64,000 nucleotides of DNA from Verrucomicrobiia bacterium. GTDB lineage: Bacteria > Verrucomicrobiota > Verrucomicrobiia > Limisphaerales > UBA1319. Below, one piece after another: positions 1 to 10,393 of the stretch. The notes under the pieces were generated by a model that was not told where the DNA came from, searched no databases, and saw only the letters and a list, made by a program, of their open reading frames with translations. Within the stretch, counting starts at the first letter, position 1. Each line of letters opens with the position of its first letter. The translations under genes and the position numbers were made by a program. The stretch spans positions 1,280,001 through 1,344,000 of the forward strand of contig OY760937.1 in the NCBI GenBank assembly GCA_963664225.1, given 5' to 3'.

Positions 1-341
1 AGAAAGCCGAAACCGAGTTCGCGCAATAGGGGCAACGACCATTTATCGTTGGTCAGGCCGGTGAGGGCTTCGGCCGGGAACGAGGGACCAGATCGCTGAT
101 CGCTAATGGCCGATGGGGAAATGAGGGGGGCCGCAGCGCGGAATTCGGCCCAGTGACGGCGCAGGCGATTCCAGCTTTGGGTGATCGCTTCATTGATTCG
201 TTCGCCAGCAGGCAGACCGTAAGCTGCGGGTTCGACACCGGAGACTTTGGCTGCCGGGTCAACCAAACGCCGCAACAAGTCGGGCGGCAACAATCCGCCC
301 TCGGAGCGGATGGTCTGAAAATCTGTGGTGCGGCGAGGCAT
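1..341 (-). CDS. 5' part of a probable large N6-adenine DNA methyltransferase / type IIG-like restriction-modification protein, running off the left edge
   Basis: Not in the ORF track because it has no stop in the window. Manual translation from ATG 341 gives MPRRTTDFQTIRSEGGLLPPDLLRRL...GERINEAITQSWNRLRRHW...TNDKWSLPLLRELGFG, open to base 1. This resembles the N-terminus of methylases usually found after this helicase pair. Catalytic motifs lie outside the window. Confidence 0.6.
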   Translation of the reverse strand, partial: MPRRTTDFQTIRSEGGLLPPDLLRRLVDPAAKVSGVEPAAYGLPAGERINEAITQSWNRLRRHWAEFRAAAPLISPSAISDQRSGPSFPAEALTGLTNDKWSLPLLRELGFGF

Positions 342-430
342 GGTCTAAGTGGTGAATGCCGAGTGGCGAATGCCGGGCGGCAAGTTGTCAGGCATGTGAG
401 TCATTTCTGAGGCGTTGTCCTGCCGACGGT

Positions 431-598
431 TCATACGGCCTTTCCTTTGCAGCCAGCCTCTTTTGTCATGAGATCGTTTAAGTCTCTAAGGAATGTTTTT
501 AGGTTTCTTTGCTGTGCATTAAGGGCCAATTTGCGAAACGATGTCTCGTTCAGCCAGTCGCGCCAGATGGCATTGATGAAGATTCTCGGGCTATTCAT
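431..598 (-). CDS. small hypothetical protein (55 aa) between the SNF2 helicase and the methylase
   Basis: ATG 598 lies 20 nt after the helicase stop, same strand, lower GC. No recognisable motif. Confidence 0.3.
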   Translation of the reverse strand: MNSPRIFINAIWRDWLNETSFRKLALNAQQRNLKTFLRDLNDLMTKEAGCKGKAV

Positions 599-617
599 GG
601 TCGTTGGCACGATGCTC

Positions 618-3464
618 TCATCCTTGCAGGATGGGTAACAGTAAATACGCGCCGAGTATGTCCACCGGCAGGACGGGTTCGATTTGGACCTTGGCTTTGG
701 CGCGCGAGGCTTCGCGCACACGGTCATGAGCCTTCAGTTGGAGAACGGCGCGGTGGGAGGCGATCTGGCCAAGGGCGATTTGGAAGTCAGGCAAACCACC
801 GAGTAACAACGGGAGTTGCTGATCTACGAGCGAAGAATTGATGTTTGCATCCGGTCGCGCGCTAAGCAGGGCTTCGGCTTGTTCACCCTCGATCCATTGA
901 GGTGACTGGGCGCTGCCATGGAACGCGAGTGGGACGATTTCCTCGCAAAGCAGGGTGAGATCTTCCGAGACGCGCGGCTTGAGATGGTAACGAAAGCGGA
1001 CGACCACGAGCGTGGTGCGGACATCGACGCGCCGGGTGCGGACAATGCCGCAACGAGCGGCCACGGGGGCAGCGTCACGGGCGGCGGGATCGAGCGCCTG
1101 ATCCAGCACCCAGCCGGCCAGTCCCTCGACCGCCGGGCTGGTGCGACCGAGGTAGATTTCACCGTCCTGCAAGGGGAGATCAAAGCGCCCAGCGAATTTC
1201 GTTTCCTGCTGGAGCGCCTGGCGTAAAGCGCGCGGCGTCTCCTTCTCGTGGACGCAAACCTCAATGGCTCTCATGGGCGCAGGTTTGATGGGCACATTAG
1301 CGATGGCCATGGCTTGACGAAAAAACAGTTCGACATCGGCAGGACTGCCGAGCGCCTGACGGACGGCGTTCATCTCGGCGGCGACCAGTTCGGGCTTGAG
1401 CGCATTCTGGGCGTAGCGGGAACGGCTTGCCTTTTCCTTGTCGCGGGCGTTTTCCCACTCGCGGTGGAGGGCTTCCTTGCGAGTTTGGGTGGCGGACTTG
1501 AAATCAAAGGTGAGCTGGTCGTTTGAGCTGCCAGCCATTTCGCGGAATAGGGCACCTTCGAACAGGGCTTCGGCAACTTCCTCGCTCGAACCGGGCACGG
1601 CGACGGAAACACCGAGGTCACTCTTGATGCTCTTGTGCTTACGGAGGAGCACGTCGAGGATGACCCCGTCAATGGGGTTGTCGCGGCCGTAGAAGGTGAG
1701 AACACGAACCTCGGGGGTTTTCTGGCCAAAACGGTCCACGCGGCCTTCGCGTTGCTCGTGACGGGTGGGATTCCAACACAGGTCGTAGTGAACGACGGCG
1801 TCGAACTCGCGTTGAAGGTTGATACCCTCGGAGAGGCAGTCAGTGCAGACAAGGACATGCTGGGGGGAGGAGGCGAGGACGGCGATGCGCGCTTCTCGCT
1901 CACTGGGCGGCAGCGTTCCCGTGACGGAGTCAACAGCGATGTTCTTGGCAAGCGCTTCCCGCAAGTGGCGGGCAACGTAGTCGGCGGTATCAATGAAACG
2001 GCAAAAGACGATGGGCTGAGAGCCAGCAGCGAGAAGGGCTTTGATGTGCCTGGTGGCTTCGATCAGTTTCTGGTCAGACTTGCCGGCCATCTCCTCTGCA
2101 CGACGCGCGAAGGCGAGCAGTTGACGCCGATTGGGTTCATCCTCGGTGCCTTCGGGGCTGGCCCCGGGTGTAAAGTCAGGAACTACCGGTTTATCATCTT
2201 CGGATTCATCCATGACCCGCTCGCGCCCGATTTGATTGACCTCTTCGACGGTCTGTCCTTCCTCCACGTCAGCACGATTGCGCAACGTGGCGACTGCGGC
2301 GGCAGGACTGGAAGAGAAGCAACGCAGCAAGGCGAGCGCAGACCAATATCTGACGCGCTGAGCACGTCGCTGCTGATCACCGGTGGTGACGAACTCGCGA
2401 GCGAATTGAATGACGTCGAGGAAAAGCTTTCGATATTCGGGGCTGAATGCGTAGGTTTCTTCTTTGTCCAATCGTGTTGGGAACGATGTGTCAGTGTCGA
2501 GGAACCGGCGGATGTCGGCACGGCGACGCTGGACCAGGTGAAGCGCGAGTTTCTTGCGAAGGCTTTCACGGGTGTCGAGTTCGATCTCGGAGGGAAGGTT
2601 CTCGAACTCGCTATCGAGCAGGCCCAGGAGAGAGCGGAAGGCCTGTTCGTTCCCACTATGCGGCGTGGCGGTGACGAGAACGACATGGCGCTCCGGCGAC
2701 TGGGTAATCTGGCGGATGAGTTCGTAGCGGAGTTGGCGACCAGCTCCCCTGCCGCCTGCCGGTGTGCAACCGTGGGCTTCGTCGACGATGACGAATTCCG
2801 GGCACTTGAGCGCGAAGTCGTCACGACGACCCTTGCCTTTGATGAAATCGGTGGAGACGATGACAAACGGATGGCGGTCGAACACGGAAACACCGATGGG
2901 TAGATCGCGCTCGAGACGCTGGATCGTGCTACTGAGTATCAACTCAGCTTCAAGGTGGAACTTGGAGGCAAGTTCCTTCTGCCATTGCTCGGCGAGGTGC
3001 GGCGGACAGAGCACGGCGAGAGTTTTAATTTCGCCCCGGTCGAGGAGCTCACGGGCGATCAGGCAAGCTTCGACCGTCTTGCCGATGCCGACGTCGTCAG
3101 CAATCAACAGGCGGATGGGGTCGAGGCGCAAGGCCATGATCAGTGGGACGAGCTGATAGGGGCGAGGGTCCACCGCGATGCGGCCAAAGCTGCGGAACGG
3201 ACCAGCGGCGGCCCGGGTGGAGATGCGGGCGGCATCACGCAACAAGGTGCCAGCTTGATAGTCGCCCAGGTCATTGCGCGTTGGGAAAGAGAAGGTCGCG
3301 CTTTGGACCGGCTCTACCGCCGGGAGCAGGCCGGTGACCTCTTCATCCAACCCGCCGACCGGGCGAAGCATCAATAAATCATCGGTCGAATCGGGCAGGA
3401 CAATCCATTCGCGTCCGCGCGCATGCACCAGAGTTCCTGGATTAGAAAGGGTTGCGACGCTCAT
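618..3464 (-). CDS. SNF2-like (DrmD/RapA-like) helicase
   Basis: 948 aa with LIADDVGIGKT, QW..EL, DEAH, TATPH, SEGINLQ, WNP and EQREGRVDRFGQ. Start overlaps the upstream gene stop by 4 nt. Confidence 0.9.
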   Translation of the reverse strand: MSVATLSNPGTLVHARGREWIVLPDSTDDLLMLRPVGGLDEEVTGLLPAVEPVQSATFSFPTRNDLGDYQAGTLLRDAARISTRAAAGPFRSFGRIAVDPRPYQLVPLIMALRLDPIRLLIADDVGIGKTVEACLIARELLDRGEIKTLAVLCPPHLAEQWQKELASKFHLEAELILSSTIQRLERDLPIGVSVFDRHPFVIVSTDFIKGKGRRDDFALKCPEFVIVDEAHGCTPAGGRGAGRQLRYELIRQITQSPERHVVLVTATPHSGNEQAFRSLLGLLDSEFENLPSEIELDTRESLRKKLALHLVQRRRADIRRFLDTDTSFPTRLDKEETYAFSPEYRKLFLDVIQFAREFVTTGDQQRRAQRVRYWSALALLRCFSSSPAAAVATLRNRADVEEGQTVEEVNQIGRERVMDESEDDKPVVPDFTPGASPEGTEDEPNRRQLLAFARRAEEMAGKSDQKLIEATRHIKALLAAGSQPIVFCRFIDTADYVARHLREALAKNIAVDSVTGTLPPSEREARIAVLASSPQHVLVCTDCLSEGINLQREFDAVVHYDLCWNPTRHEQREGRVDRFGQKTPEVRVLTFYGRDNPIDGVILDVLLRKHKSIKSDLGVSVAVPGSSEEVAEALFEGALFREMAGSSNDQLTFDFKSATQTRKEALHREWENARDKEKASRSRYAQNALKPELVAAEMNAVRQALGSPADVELFFRQAMAIANVPIKPAPMRAIEVCVHEKETPRALRQALQQETKFAGRFDLPLQDGEIYLGRTSPAVEGLAGWVLDQALDPAARDAAPVAARCGIVRTRRVDVRTTLVVVRFRYHLKPRVSEDLTLLCEEIVPLAFHGSAQSPQWIEGEQAEALLSARPDANINSSLVDQQLPLLLGGLPDFQIALGQIASHRAVLQLKAHDRVREASRAKAKVQIEPVLPVDILGAYLLLPILQG

Positions 3465-6400
3465 GTGGAAGGGGTGCCGAATACATCCGGATGACGCGGG
3501 AAAATTTCGTTCCAGTCGGCCTTGTGGTGAAACCGGATGACGAGATAGCCCGTCTCCATCAGCCGCTGTGTGATGGCCTCGTCCTGTCGAATCTGGTCTG
3601 CCCCGTCATGGGGTGGTCCGTCAATGTAGATCGCCGCATTGTGTTCACGGTAGTAGAAGTCAGGGCGCGTGGTGCAGGATTCGATCAGGAATTGCGCATC
3701 GCTGGGCGGGCGGAGGAGCAAGGAATCAATGCGATCGAGCCAGCGCTTTTCCAACTGGCTATCGCAGCGCTTATGCAGGGCGGCCAGCCGTTCGGCGCGC
3801 GACCCGGCGCCACCTGCGGGGCAACAGACTGATCTTGCAAGATCCGAAAGAAGGTCGCGGATGAGATACCGGTTGAGATCCTTGTGGTCCGGCTGATTAA
3901 AATAATCGAGAAGGCACTCATAGCATGCCTTGCCACAGGTCTTGGCCCCCTTATCTTCGAGAGTGTCCGCATCGAAGTGGAGTATCTCAAGCGCACGCCT
4001 TGCCAATAGAGGAATCAAAGTGGGGTCTTCGGCGATCTGCCGCAACACGCCAGCACCACCCTCGGACGCTTCATAGAACAGGATTTCCTGCCGGTCTTTG
4101 GCTGATGGCATCGGCTCGCAGGAGAGTTCGCGCGGCTCAAGTTGGAAATGTTTGAGGATGGCCTGTTTGAAGGCAGATTGCAGGCTAGCCATTTCCGGGC
4201 CTGACCGGGCTGGCTCAATGCGCATGACGAGCGCGTTTTTGGTGTCTTTCACGTATGGCACCACGCGCTGAAGCCGACCTTGGGCGGTGGCATCGTCCTC
4301 GTCCTCATCATCGGCCTGGTTGCGTGACCAGTAGCCGCGTTCCAGGTCGAGATTGAAACCGGGCGGCTGGGTGCCCCGTTGATTGGCCCAACCCAGATTG
4401 ATGCGGTAAAGATCCGTGGCGTCCCCATAACTGAGACGCATCGCGAGGGTGTCACCGCAGTAAACCTCAGCGTCCTTGCGGTCCAGTTTGCCGCCGATTT
4501 CCGGAAAGCGGTAAGAGGTAACCAGTTTGTAACCGAAACGCTGACGCTCCTCTTCATCACAGGTGATGCGCTGGGCCATCTTGAGGCTGACGTTTTGCAG
4601 GTGAACGAGGTTGTCAATGCGGGCGGGACCATCGAGCGCGGCACCACAGCGATCACATACTTCGACCAAGTTTTTCCCCTGCTCCAAGTGAGCATAGCCG
4701 CATTTCGGACAACGCTTCATGGTGGCGGTCACCAAATCATGCGTCGCCTCGATATCGTCTGAGCCGAAGTCGAGGTTCACCTTGTAAACGCGGTAACGGG
4801 CACCTTCGTGATAGATGAGGGCGCGAGGGCCGAACTCGGAAATGGCCAGAAAACGAGGGCGGGAGACGAATTCATCGCGCCCCTTCCTTTTGCGGCGGCC
4901 TGGAACGTAAGCGGAAAGCGGTAAACGCGGAAAATTGTATCCAGGAAGGAAGCCTTCGGCGGCGAAATAGCGATAAGAATAGAAGTCACCTTCGTAGATG
5001 CTTTCAGCCTCTGTGAGCAGGCGAATCTGGCTCTCGGCCTGGGCGCGGAGACGGCGCGACTGGTTGCGCTCGGCCTCCGGTCTGGCATGGTCGCCGATGA
5101 TCTTGTGGTGCAGTTCGCGCTGACGTAACGCGGAGCGATAGAGCCCCCGCCAGCGGTCGCAAGCCGAATCGAAGGCTCGCTCGATCTGGTCAAGCACCTC
5201 CCGGGTCCAGTTTTCATGGAACCAGGCGGCTGTGGACAGGTCATCGCGAATGCTGGCAATGAGCGAGTTGGCTTTAGCCAAGGCGGATGCTCGGTGGATT
5301 GGATTCCGAAGTTCTTTCCCAAGGGCGTCCTTGACGGGCAACGGGATCTTGCCATCGGCAGCGGCCAGGTCGAGGACGGTGGCTAAGGTCTTGCCAAGGT
5401 CCGGTGTGGCGACTTCCATCCAAATGGCATGGACATGTGAACGGACCAGGTCGCGGTTGCGAATGTCGATGCGCGGGGGGGCAACGAAGCCGGCGACCAT
5501 CTGGTGCGGTTCGCGGAAGTAATATTGGTCGTGTGGGCTGCGTCCGGCACAATAGGTATAGACGAGTGCTGGCTGGCCGCCACGTCCGGCCCTGCCGCTG
5601 CGCTGGGCGTAATTGGCGGGGGTAGGCGGGACATTGCGGAGATTGACGAGGTTTAACTGGGCGATGTCCACGCCCAGTTCCATGGTCGGAGAACAAAAAA
5701 GCAGAGGCAGATCGCCAGTGCGGAAACGGTCTTCGCGGTCTTCGCGGTCTTCGGCTGTGACCTGGGCGGTATGCTCGCGCGCTTCCAAAACACACTTTAG
5801 GTCGACGAAGCTGCGATAGCACTCAACGAAGTATCGGTTGACCTCAGGCGGGATTTCACCCACCTCGAGCAGGCGAGTGCGGTCAAGCGGGCGAATCTCC
5901 CCTTGTGCCGGCAACCAGCGTAAGGCGTCGGCGTTGATCTGGTAGCCGGGGACCTCACCACTGCGGACTTGCTCAACGATTCCGTAGCGCTTAAGGGCGA
6001 GGAACAAAAACCGGATGGCTTGTTCCACTTCCGGCCGACCGAAATTTTGACCTTGCGGGACGTGTTGCCGCAATAAGCGTTTCACGTAACGACCATAGCT
6101 TCCATAGGAGGAGACGAAGAATCCGGTTCGATCCATCGGCTGCTTGGGACGCGGGTAAGCCACGACGGATTTCACCAGTTCGCGCGCATCCTCCAGATAC
6201 CAGACCGTATCCTCCAACAGCCTGGGCATGGTTTGTTCGACCAGGTCGAGCTGTTTTTGAGGATCGAGCACATCCACCTTTATGGCCAGCGATCGGCGAA
6301 GAACGTCAAGGAGGGTGCGAAGGAGTTCTTCGCGTAACTCGGGCTGGCAAGATTGCAACGGCGGAGGGGTCTCGATAAACTGTTCCACGTCACGGTCCAC

Positions 6401-8716
6401 CTGGATTTTGAAGCCGGTGCTCCAAAGTTGCACCTCGTCAAGCAGGCTATCAGTTCCCTTCAATCCTTCGTAGTCGAAGACGAGCAAACCGCAATCTTCC
6501 AGATTTGGCGCGGTCACCCGCCAACCGCGCTGGAGATCACGATAAAGGTAATAATCGATGACACGGCGAAGGGCGTCATTGGTGGCGTTCTTTGCTGGGC
6601 CGCGCACTTCCGGGTCGGCGGCGTATTCGTCGAACTGAAGCTGCATGGCCTCGAAGACCGAGCGCGAAAGTTCGCCGTGGTTGATTCCGGGGCCGCGTTT
6701 TTCCTGGGTCGCTTTATGAAGCGCCGACCGGAGCAGGGCCACTTGGGCGAAATCATTGAAGTGACCGGCCTGAAGCGAAGCATCCTGCCGGTTGTCCGTA
6801 AAACTGAGGAGTTTACGGGCCTCGGGGTTGAGATCGCGGTCGCGCTGCAATTCGATAAGCGAGCGGACCGCCAGGATAGTGGTTGCCGTGCTGCGATTAT
6901 CCACCCCGAGGGTGGCCAGCTTGGGGCGCTCTGAACGCTGGTTCCTGGTGTATGCCACACCGCATGATGGATGAAGGCAGAAGAGGAAGTTTCCATGGAT
7001 GAGCGCTGCCGGCATACCCTGGCCTTCGGAGACGAGTCGGCCCGTGGCGTCAACGAAGACGGGTTCTGGCATATCGGAGCGTGAGGAGGGAGCAATCCGT
7101 TCCACACCTTGAGGTGTGGTTTCCTTCATGAAGGCCGGGAGCCGCTCCAACAGTTCCGCTCCCTCGGTTCGTGGCCAGGGATGCGATGTGGAGACATAAA
7201 GATAAGCATCGCCATTGCCATCGTCACCTTCCTCACGGCGGTCCTCCCGCGGCAGCAGCGCTTTGCCCTGCTCAGTGGACACCGTTTTCACACGATGGTA
7301 TGCGGTGCCGCACTGACGACAAAAGACCAGGGGAAAGAGCAACTTGTCAGGCTCGCCAGGCTTGGAGCCTTTCTTGGACATTTCCAAGTGGCGCTGTGGC
7401 TCGGGTTCGAGAGTGGTCCAAACGGTGTCACCACGCGTGAAAAACTGATGCAGCCGGAACGCAAAGATGGGAAAGCGGCTCGATGCGCTTCGCCGGAGTT
7501 CGGAGCCCTTCAGCAGGTATTGGCGCAGCACCGCTTCGCAGCGTGGCGGTTCGGTAATGGTCAGGTGCGCAAGTTCTTCTGCGGCACTGTCAGAACCCTG
7601 CAAGCGCCGTGGTGCCTGCCGGATGAGACGGACAGTTCCTGCCTCGGCGCGGACACCAAAGGTTGTTTCGATCCAAGAGGCCAAAGGGTGAATTCGGAAG
7701 TGTTCGTAATCGTCGGGAGGCGGCGTTTCGGCCTGGATGGTGTCGCGCAAGGACTGAACCACTTTGGAGTCCTTGAAATCAACCTCCGGGGTAGCGCGTT
7801 CCAATGACTCACCAATCACCTGCGAAGCATCAAACGGGACACCCAAAAGCATCTTTGCAACATTGGCGACTTCGCGCTTCTGATCATCGGTAGAGCCACC
7901 ACTGGCCATTGTCGCCGAGGTGCCGACGCAGATAATGTCGTGGCCGCCGAAAGCTTGGCGGCAGCGGCGGATGAGTAGCGCTACGTCTGCACCCTGGCGC
8001 CCACGATAAGTGTGCAACTCATCGAAGACGAGAAAACGTAATCCCTGCGCGGCTCGGATTAGTTCGCGGTCCTCATGGCGCGTGAGGAGCAATTCCAGCA
8101 TCATGTAGTTCGTCAGCAAGATATCGGGCGGATTGCTGCAAATTAAGTCACGCTCTGGCCGTTTTTCCTGGCCGGTGTAGCGAGCGAAGCGAACGGGGGG
8201 CTTTCCTTCCGGGTATCCCTGTTTAAGGAACTTGCCAAGCTCCTCGTCCTGACTGTTAGCCAGGGCGTTCATGGGATATACGACGATACCTTGGATGCCT
8301 CGGCCTGAGCCACGCCGAAGAACATGATCCACAATCGGGACGATGTAAGTCAGACTTTTGCCGGAGCCGGTGCCGCTGGTTAGAACGTATGATTTGTTTT
8401 CCTTGGCTTTGCGAATGCCTTCAGTCTGGTGTGTGTGGAGAAGGAGTTGTTTGCCAGCCAGATCGGCCTGCGTTTTGTCGATGCGGAAGATTCTGGCACA
8501 TTCGGGGTGCAGGGTTCCGTCAGCGACGAGGTCGTCGATGGTGCCACCTGGCTGGAATGTTGGATTTAGCTGAAGGAGGGGTTCCGGCCAGAATGCGCCG
8601 GCATTGAGTTCGGAATCGACTTTTGAGAGAATGGACGCGTCGGCGATCTTTATGAAGCTCTTGGTATAGCTTGCGTAATCGTTAACCAGACGTTGCCGTA
8701 AATCGAAGACATTCAT
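3461..8716 (-). CDS. large DEAD/DEAH-box helicase with a DUF1998 (MrfA-like Zn) region and a C-terminal DUF559/Vsr-like nuclease domain
   Basis: Probable start MNVFDLR at 8716 (1751 aa). Motifs SGTGSGKS, PMNALANSQ, DELHTYRG, TSAT, TMELGVDI, QRSGRAGR, CGKACYECL, and terminal RPDFYY...IYIDGPPH. Confidence 0.9.
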   Translation of the reverse strand: MNVFDLRQRLVNDYASYTKSFIKIADASILSKVDSELNAGAFWPEPLLQLNPTFQPGGTIDDLVADGTLHPECARIFRIDKTQADLAGKQLLLHTHQTEGIRKAKENKSYVLTSGTGSGKSLTYIVPIVDHVLRRGSGRGIQGIVVYPMNALANSQDEELGKFLKQGYPEGKPPVRFARYTGQEKRPERDLICSNPPDILLTNYMMLELLLTRHEDRELIRAAQGLRFLVFDELHTYRGRQGADVALLIRRCRQAFGGHDIICVGTSATMASGGSTDDQKREVANVAKMLLGVPFDASQVIGESLERATPEVDFKDSKVVQSLRDTIQAETPPPDDYEHFRIHPLASWIETTFGVRAEAGTVRLIRQAPRRLQGSDSAAEELAHLTITEPPRCEAVLRQYLLKGSELRRSASSRFPIFAFRLHQFFTRGDTVWTTLEPEPQRHLEMSKKGSKPGEPDKLLFPLVFCRQCGTAYHRVKTVSTEQGKALLPREDRREEGDDGNGDAYLYVSTSHPWPRTEGAELLERLPAFMKETTPQGVERIAPSSRSDMPEPVFVDATGRLVSEGQGMPAALIHGNFLFCLHPSCGVAYTRNQRSERPKLATLGVDNRSTATTILAVRSLIELQRDRDLNPEARKLLSFTDNRQDASLQAGHFNDFAQVALLRSALHKATQEKRGPGINHGELSRSVFEAMQLQFDEYAADPEVRGPAKNATNDALRRVIDYYLYRDLQRGWRVTAPNLEDCGLLVFDYEGLKGTDSLLDEVQLWSTGFKIQVDRDVEQFIETPPPLQSCQPELREELLRTLLDVLRRSLAIKVDVLDPQKQLDLVEQTMPRLLEDTVWYLEDARELVKSVVAYPRPKQPMDRTGFFVSSYGSYGRYVKRLLRQHVPQGQNFGRPEVEQAIRFLFLALKRYGIVEQVRSGEVPGYQINADALRWLPAQGEIRPLDRTRLLEVGEIPPEVNRYFVECYRSFVDLKCVLEAREHTAQVTAEDREDREDRFRTGDLPLLFCSPTMELGVDIAQLNLVNLRNVPPTPANYAQRSGRAGRGGQPALVYTYCAGRSPHDQYYFREPHQMVAGFVAPPRIDIRNRDLVRSHVHAIWMEVATPDLGKTLATVLDLAAADGKIPLPVKDALGKELRNPIHRASALAKANSLIASIRDDLSTAAWFHENWTREVLDQIERAFDSACDRWRGLYRSALRQRELHHKIIGDHARPEAERNQSRRLRAQAESQIRLLTEAESIYEGDFYSYRYFAAEGFLPGYNFPRLPLSAYVPGRRKRKGRDEFVSRPRFLAISEFGPRALIYHEGARYRVYKVNLDFGSDDIEATHDLVTATMKRCPKCGYAHLEQGKNLVEVCDRCGAALDGPARIDNLVHLQNVSLKMAQRITCDEEERQRFGYKLVTSYRFPEIGGKLDRKDAEVYCGDTLAMRLSYGDATDLYRINLGWANQRGTQPPGFNLDLERGYWSRNQADDEDEDDATAQGRLQRVVPYVKDTKNALVMRIEPARSGPEMASLQSAFKQAILKHFQLEPRELSCEPMPSAKDRQEILFYEASEGGAGVLRQIAEDPTLIPLLARRALEILHFDADTLEDKGAKTCGKACYECLLDYFNQPDHKDLNRYLIRDLLSDLARSVCCPAGGAGSRAERLAALHKRCDSQLEKRWLDRIDSLLLRPPSDAQFLIESCTTRPDFYYREHNAAIYIDGPPHDGADQIRQDEAITQRLMETGYLVIRFHHKADWNEIFPRHPDVFGTPST

Positions 8717-8723
8717 GAGCACT

Positions 8724-8987
8724 TTATTGGATGCGGCCAGTCTGATCTGGAGGAAAGGCGGTTTTGGGAAGCAGTTCAGTGATGCCGTAAAGTGGGTTTG
8801 GCCGAGGCGACTTTCTCGCGGCATAAACGACCTGGACCCACGGTTCAATCTCGAACGCCAGGAAATTCCACAGGCTTCCAAGTTTGTGGACAAGAGTTCT
8901 ATTGCGAAAGATACGGCTATAAGTCGTGTCTGGATCGACGTCCAAGTGCGTCGCAATCTCTCCAAGTGACAGCCAATATGCTTGCAT
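8724..8987 (-). CDS. excisionase-like helix-turn-helix protein, apparently degenerate
   Basis: MQAYWLSLGEIATHLDVDPDTTYSRI...HKLGSLWNF...EIEPWV follows the W-L-S..EIA.HL...TIY.W...K.GRLW.F pattern with substitutions at conserved sites. Confidence 0.55.
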   Translation of the reverse strand: MQAYWLSLGEIATHLDVDPDTTYSRIFRNRTLVHKLGSLWNFLAFEIEPWVQVVYAARKSPRPNPLYGITELLPKTAFPPDQTGRIQ

Positions 8988-9530
8988 AAAAATCTGTGAC
9001 GAAGCCCTGATCGAGCCTCGGTCAGGAGCAGTAACCCTCAAGTTCCAAGCGACTCTGGAGAAGTCTGCCTAATTATGCCAGAACAAATCCATGCGAACAT
9101 ATTCGTTTGGAGCAGAACCTTTTGAGTGAAAGAGTGCCATTTTGGCCCTTAAGAACCACCCAAGGCTTCGATGTTGGAAGACTGAAGCGTTTGGGGGGAT
9201 GATTGTGGGGAATAGATGGTCTGGGATGGAATGACGGGGCCATATTAAAAAACGTGCGTCGCCGACTGGTGAAATCCGAAGTGTCTTCCAGAATATCGAT
9301 CCTACCGGTTTCTGTCCGGCAGCGGCGAATGGAGATTCGATGGGATGATTCAGGATTTGGACGTGTTAACAAGCGATCCCCTCGTAACGGTGCGGGTGCC
9401 GTGTGTATTTAGGAGCCATTCGAGAGGTTTTTGTTAACAAAACGTTAACAATGTAACTCTTTGCAGCGCAGTATTTAGAGAGTGTTTTTGTTCTGTTTTC
9501 TGTCTTTATTGCACCGTTAGGTGCATCTGG

Positions 9531-9646
9531 TGTGGGGGTTTCAAAGGGGGGCTTTCAGGGGAGGTGATTGTGGGGGGTTCAAAGGGGGGCTTTCAGGGGA
9601 GGTGATTGTTGATCGGGGCAAAAGGGGGGGATCTTGGGGGTGAGTC
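9531..9646. repeat. G-rich 38-bp tandem repeat (two near-identical copies plus a degenerate third)
   Basis: Copies of tgtggggg(t/g)ttcaaaggggggctttcaggggaggtgat at 9531 and 9569; a diverged copy starts at 9607. Confidence 0.85.
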
Positions 9647-9859
9647 TTTTTGAGGCGGCGCGGTGCGGAGTCGCGTCGGAGGTGGGTCAGAATGGCACCA
9701 AGCAGAAAGCCGCCCGGGATTGGGATGTCGAATCCGTTTCGTGATTTGGAAACGGGCGACAAGATGCCAAGCGGCGGGGGATATCGTATGGTATTTCTTG
9801 CCGGACACGGGACGGCGTCGCGGGGCTTTTGCGGGCAGCGGCCTACCGGGCTGTTCCTG

Positions 9860-10327
9860 TTAAGGTTTCCGCGGGCGCATTTCGTCATGTTCTTGGAAGG
9901 AGTAAAACCCCGCGTTACCAATGACCAGGTGATCTAATACGGGAATCCCCAGGAGTTCGCCCGCTTCCTGAAGTCGGTGCGTCACCGCGACATCCTCCGC
10001 GCTGGGGATGATTCCCCCGGCATTCTGACCCGAAGTATGGTTGTGAGCGACGATGATCGATGTGGCACCGGCCGCCAGAGCGGCTTGAAAAACTTCCTTG
10101 GCGCCGACGGGGCAACTGGAAGCCGTTCCCGTCGCGGCCACATAGTAGCCCATGACTTGGTTGCGGTTATCGAGAAACAGGGTTAAAAAATGCTCGCGGA
10201 CGTTATCCGGTAAAACCCGCCGCATGAATTCGGCCGCTTTCGCGGGTGAACCGACCGCGTCAAAAGTGACTCCCCGGCGTGGTCCTCGATATTTCAGCGA
10301 CACCTCACGAACAAAAACAACAGCCAT
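9860..10327 (-). CDS. radC: RadC-like JAB domain protein (short form)
   Basis: REHF..L.LD, EVFQAAL, AHNHTSG, PSAED..VT, LDHLVIG. Confidence 0.9.
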   Translation of the reverse strand: MAVVFVREVSLKYRGPRRGVTFDAVGSPAKAAEFMRRVLPDNVREHFLTLFLDNRNQVMGYYVAATGTASSCPVGAKEVFQAALAAGATSIIVAHNHTSGQNAGGIIPSAEDVAVTHRLQEAGELLGIPVLDHLVIGNAGFYSFQEHDEMRPRKP

Positions 10328-10393
10328 GTGTTTTCCTCCTCGGTTTTCTTGTGGAGGTCCGCGTCCATCAGGCGTGGACCTCCCATCATTAAG

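Noticed and set aside
1635..2903. Long antisense ORFs (also 10328-11365, 29918-30871, 32980-34518, 59979-60842)
   Set aside because: Shadow frames opposite well-supported genes in GC-rich DNA.
8717..8965. N-terminal extension of the 1834-aa helicase ORF
   Set aside because: Overlaps the HTH gene in another frame; the conserved-looking sequence starts at ATG 8716.
9531..9646. CRISPR array (also considered for 21711-21840)
   Set aside because: Tandem or degenerate repeats without unique spacers; no cas genes.
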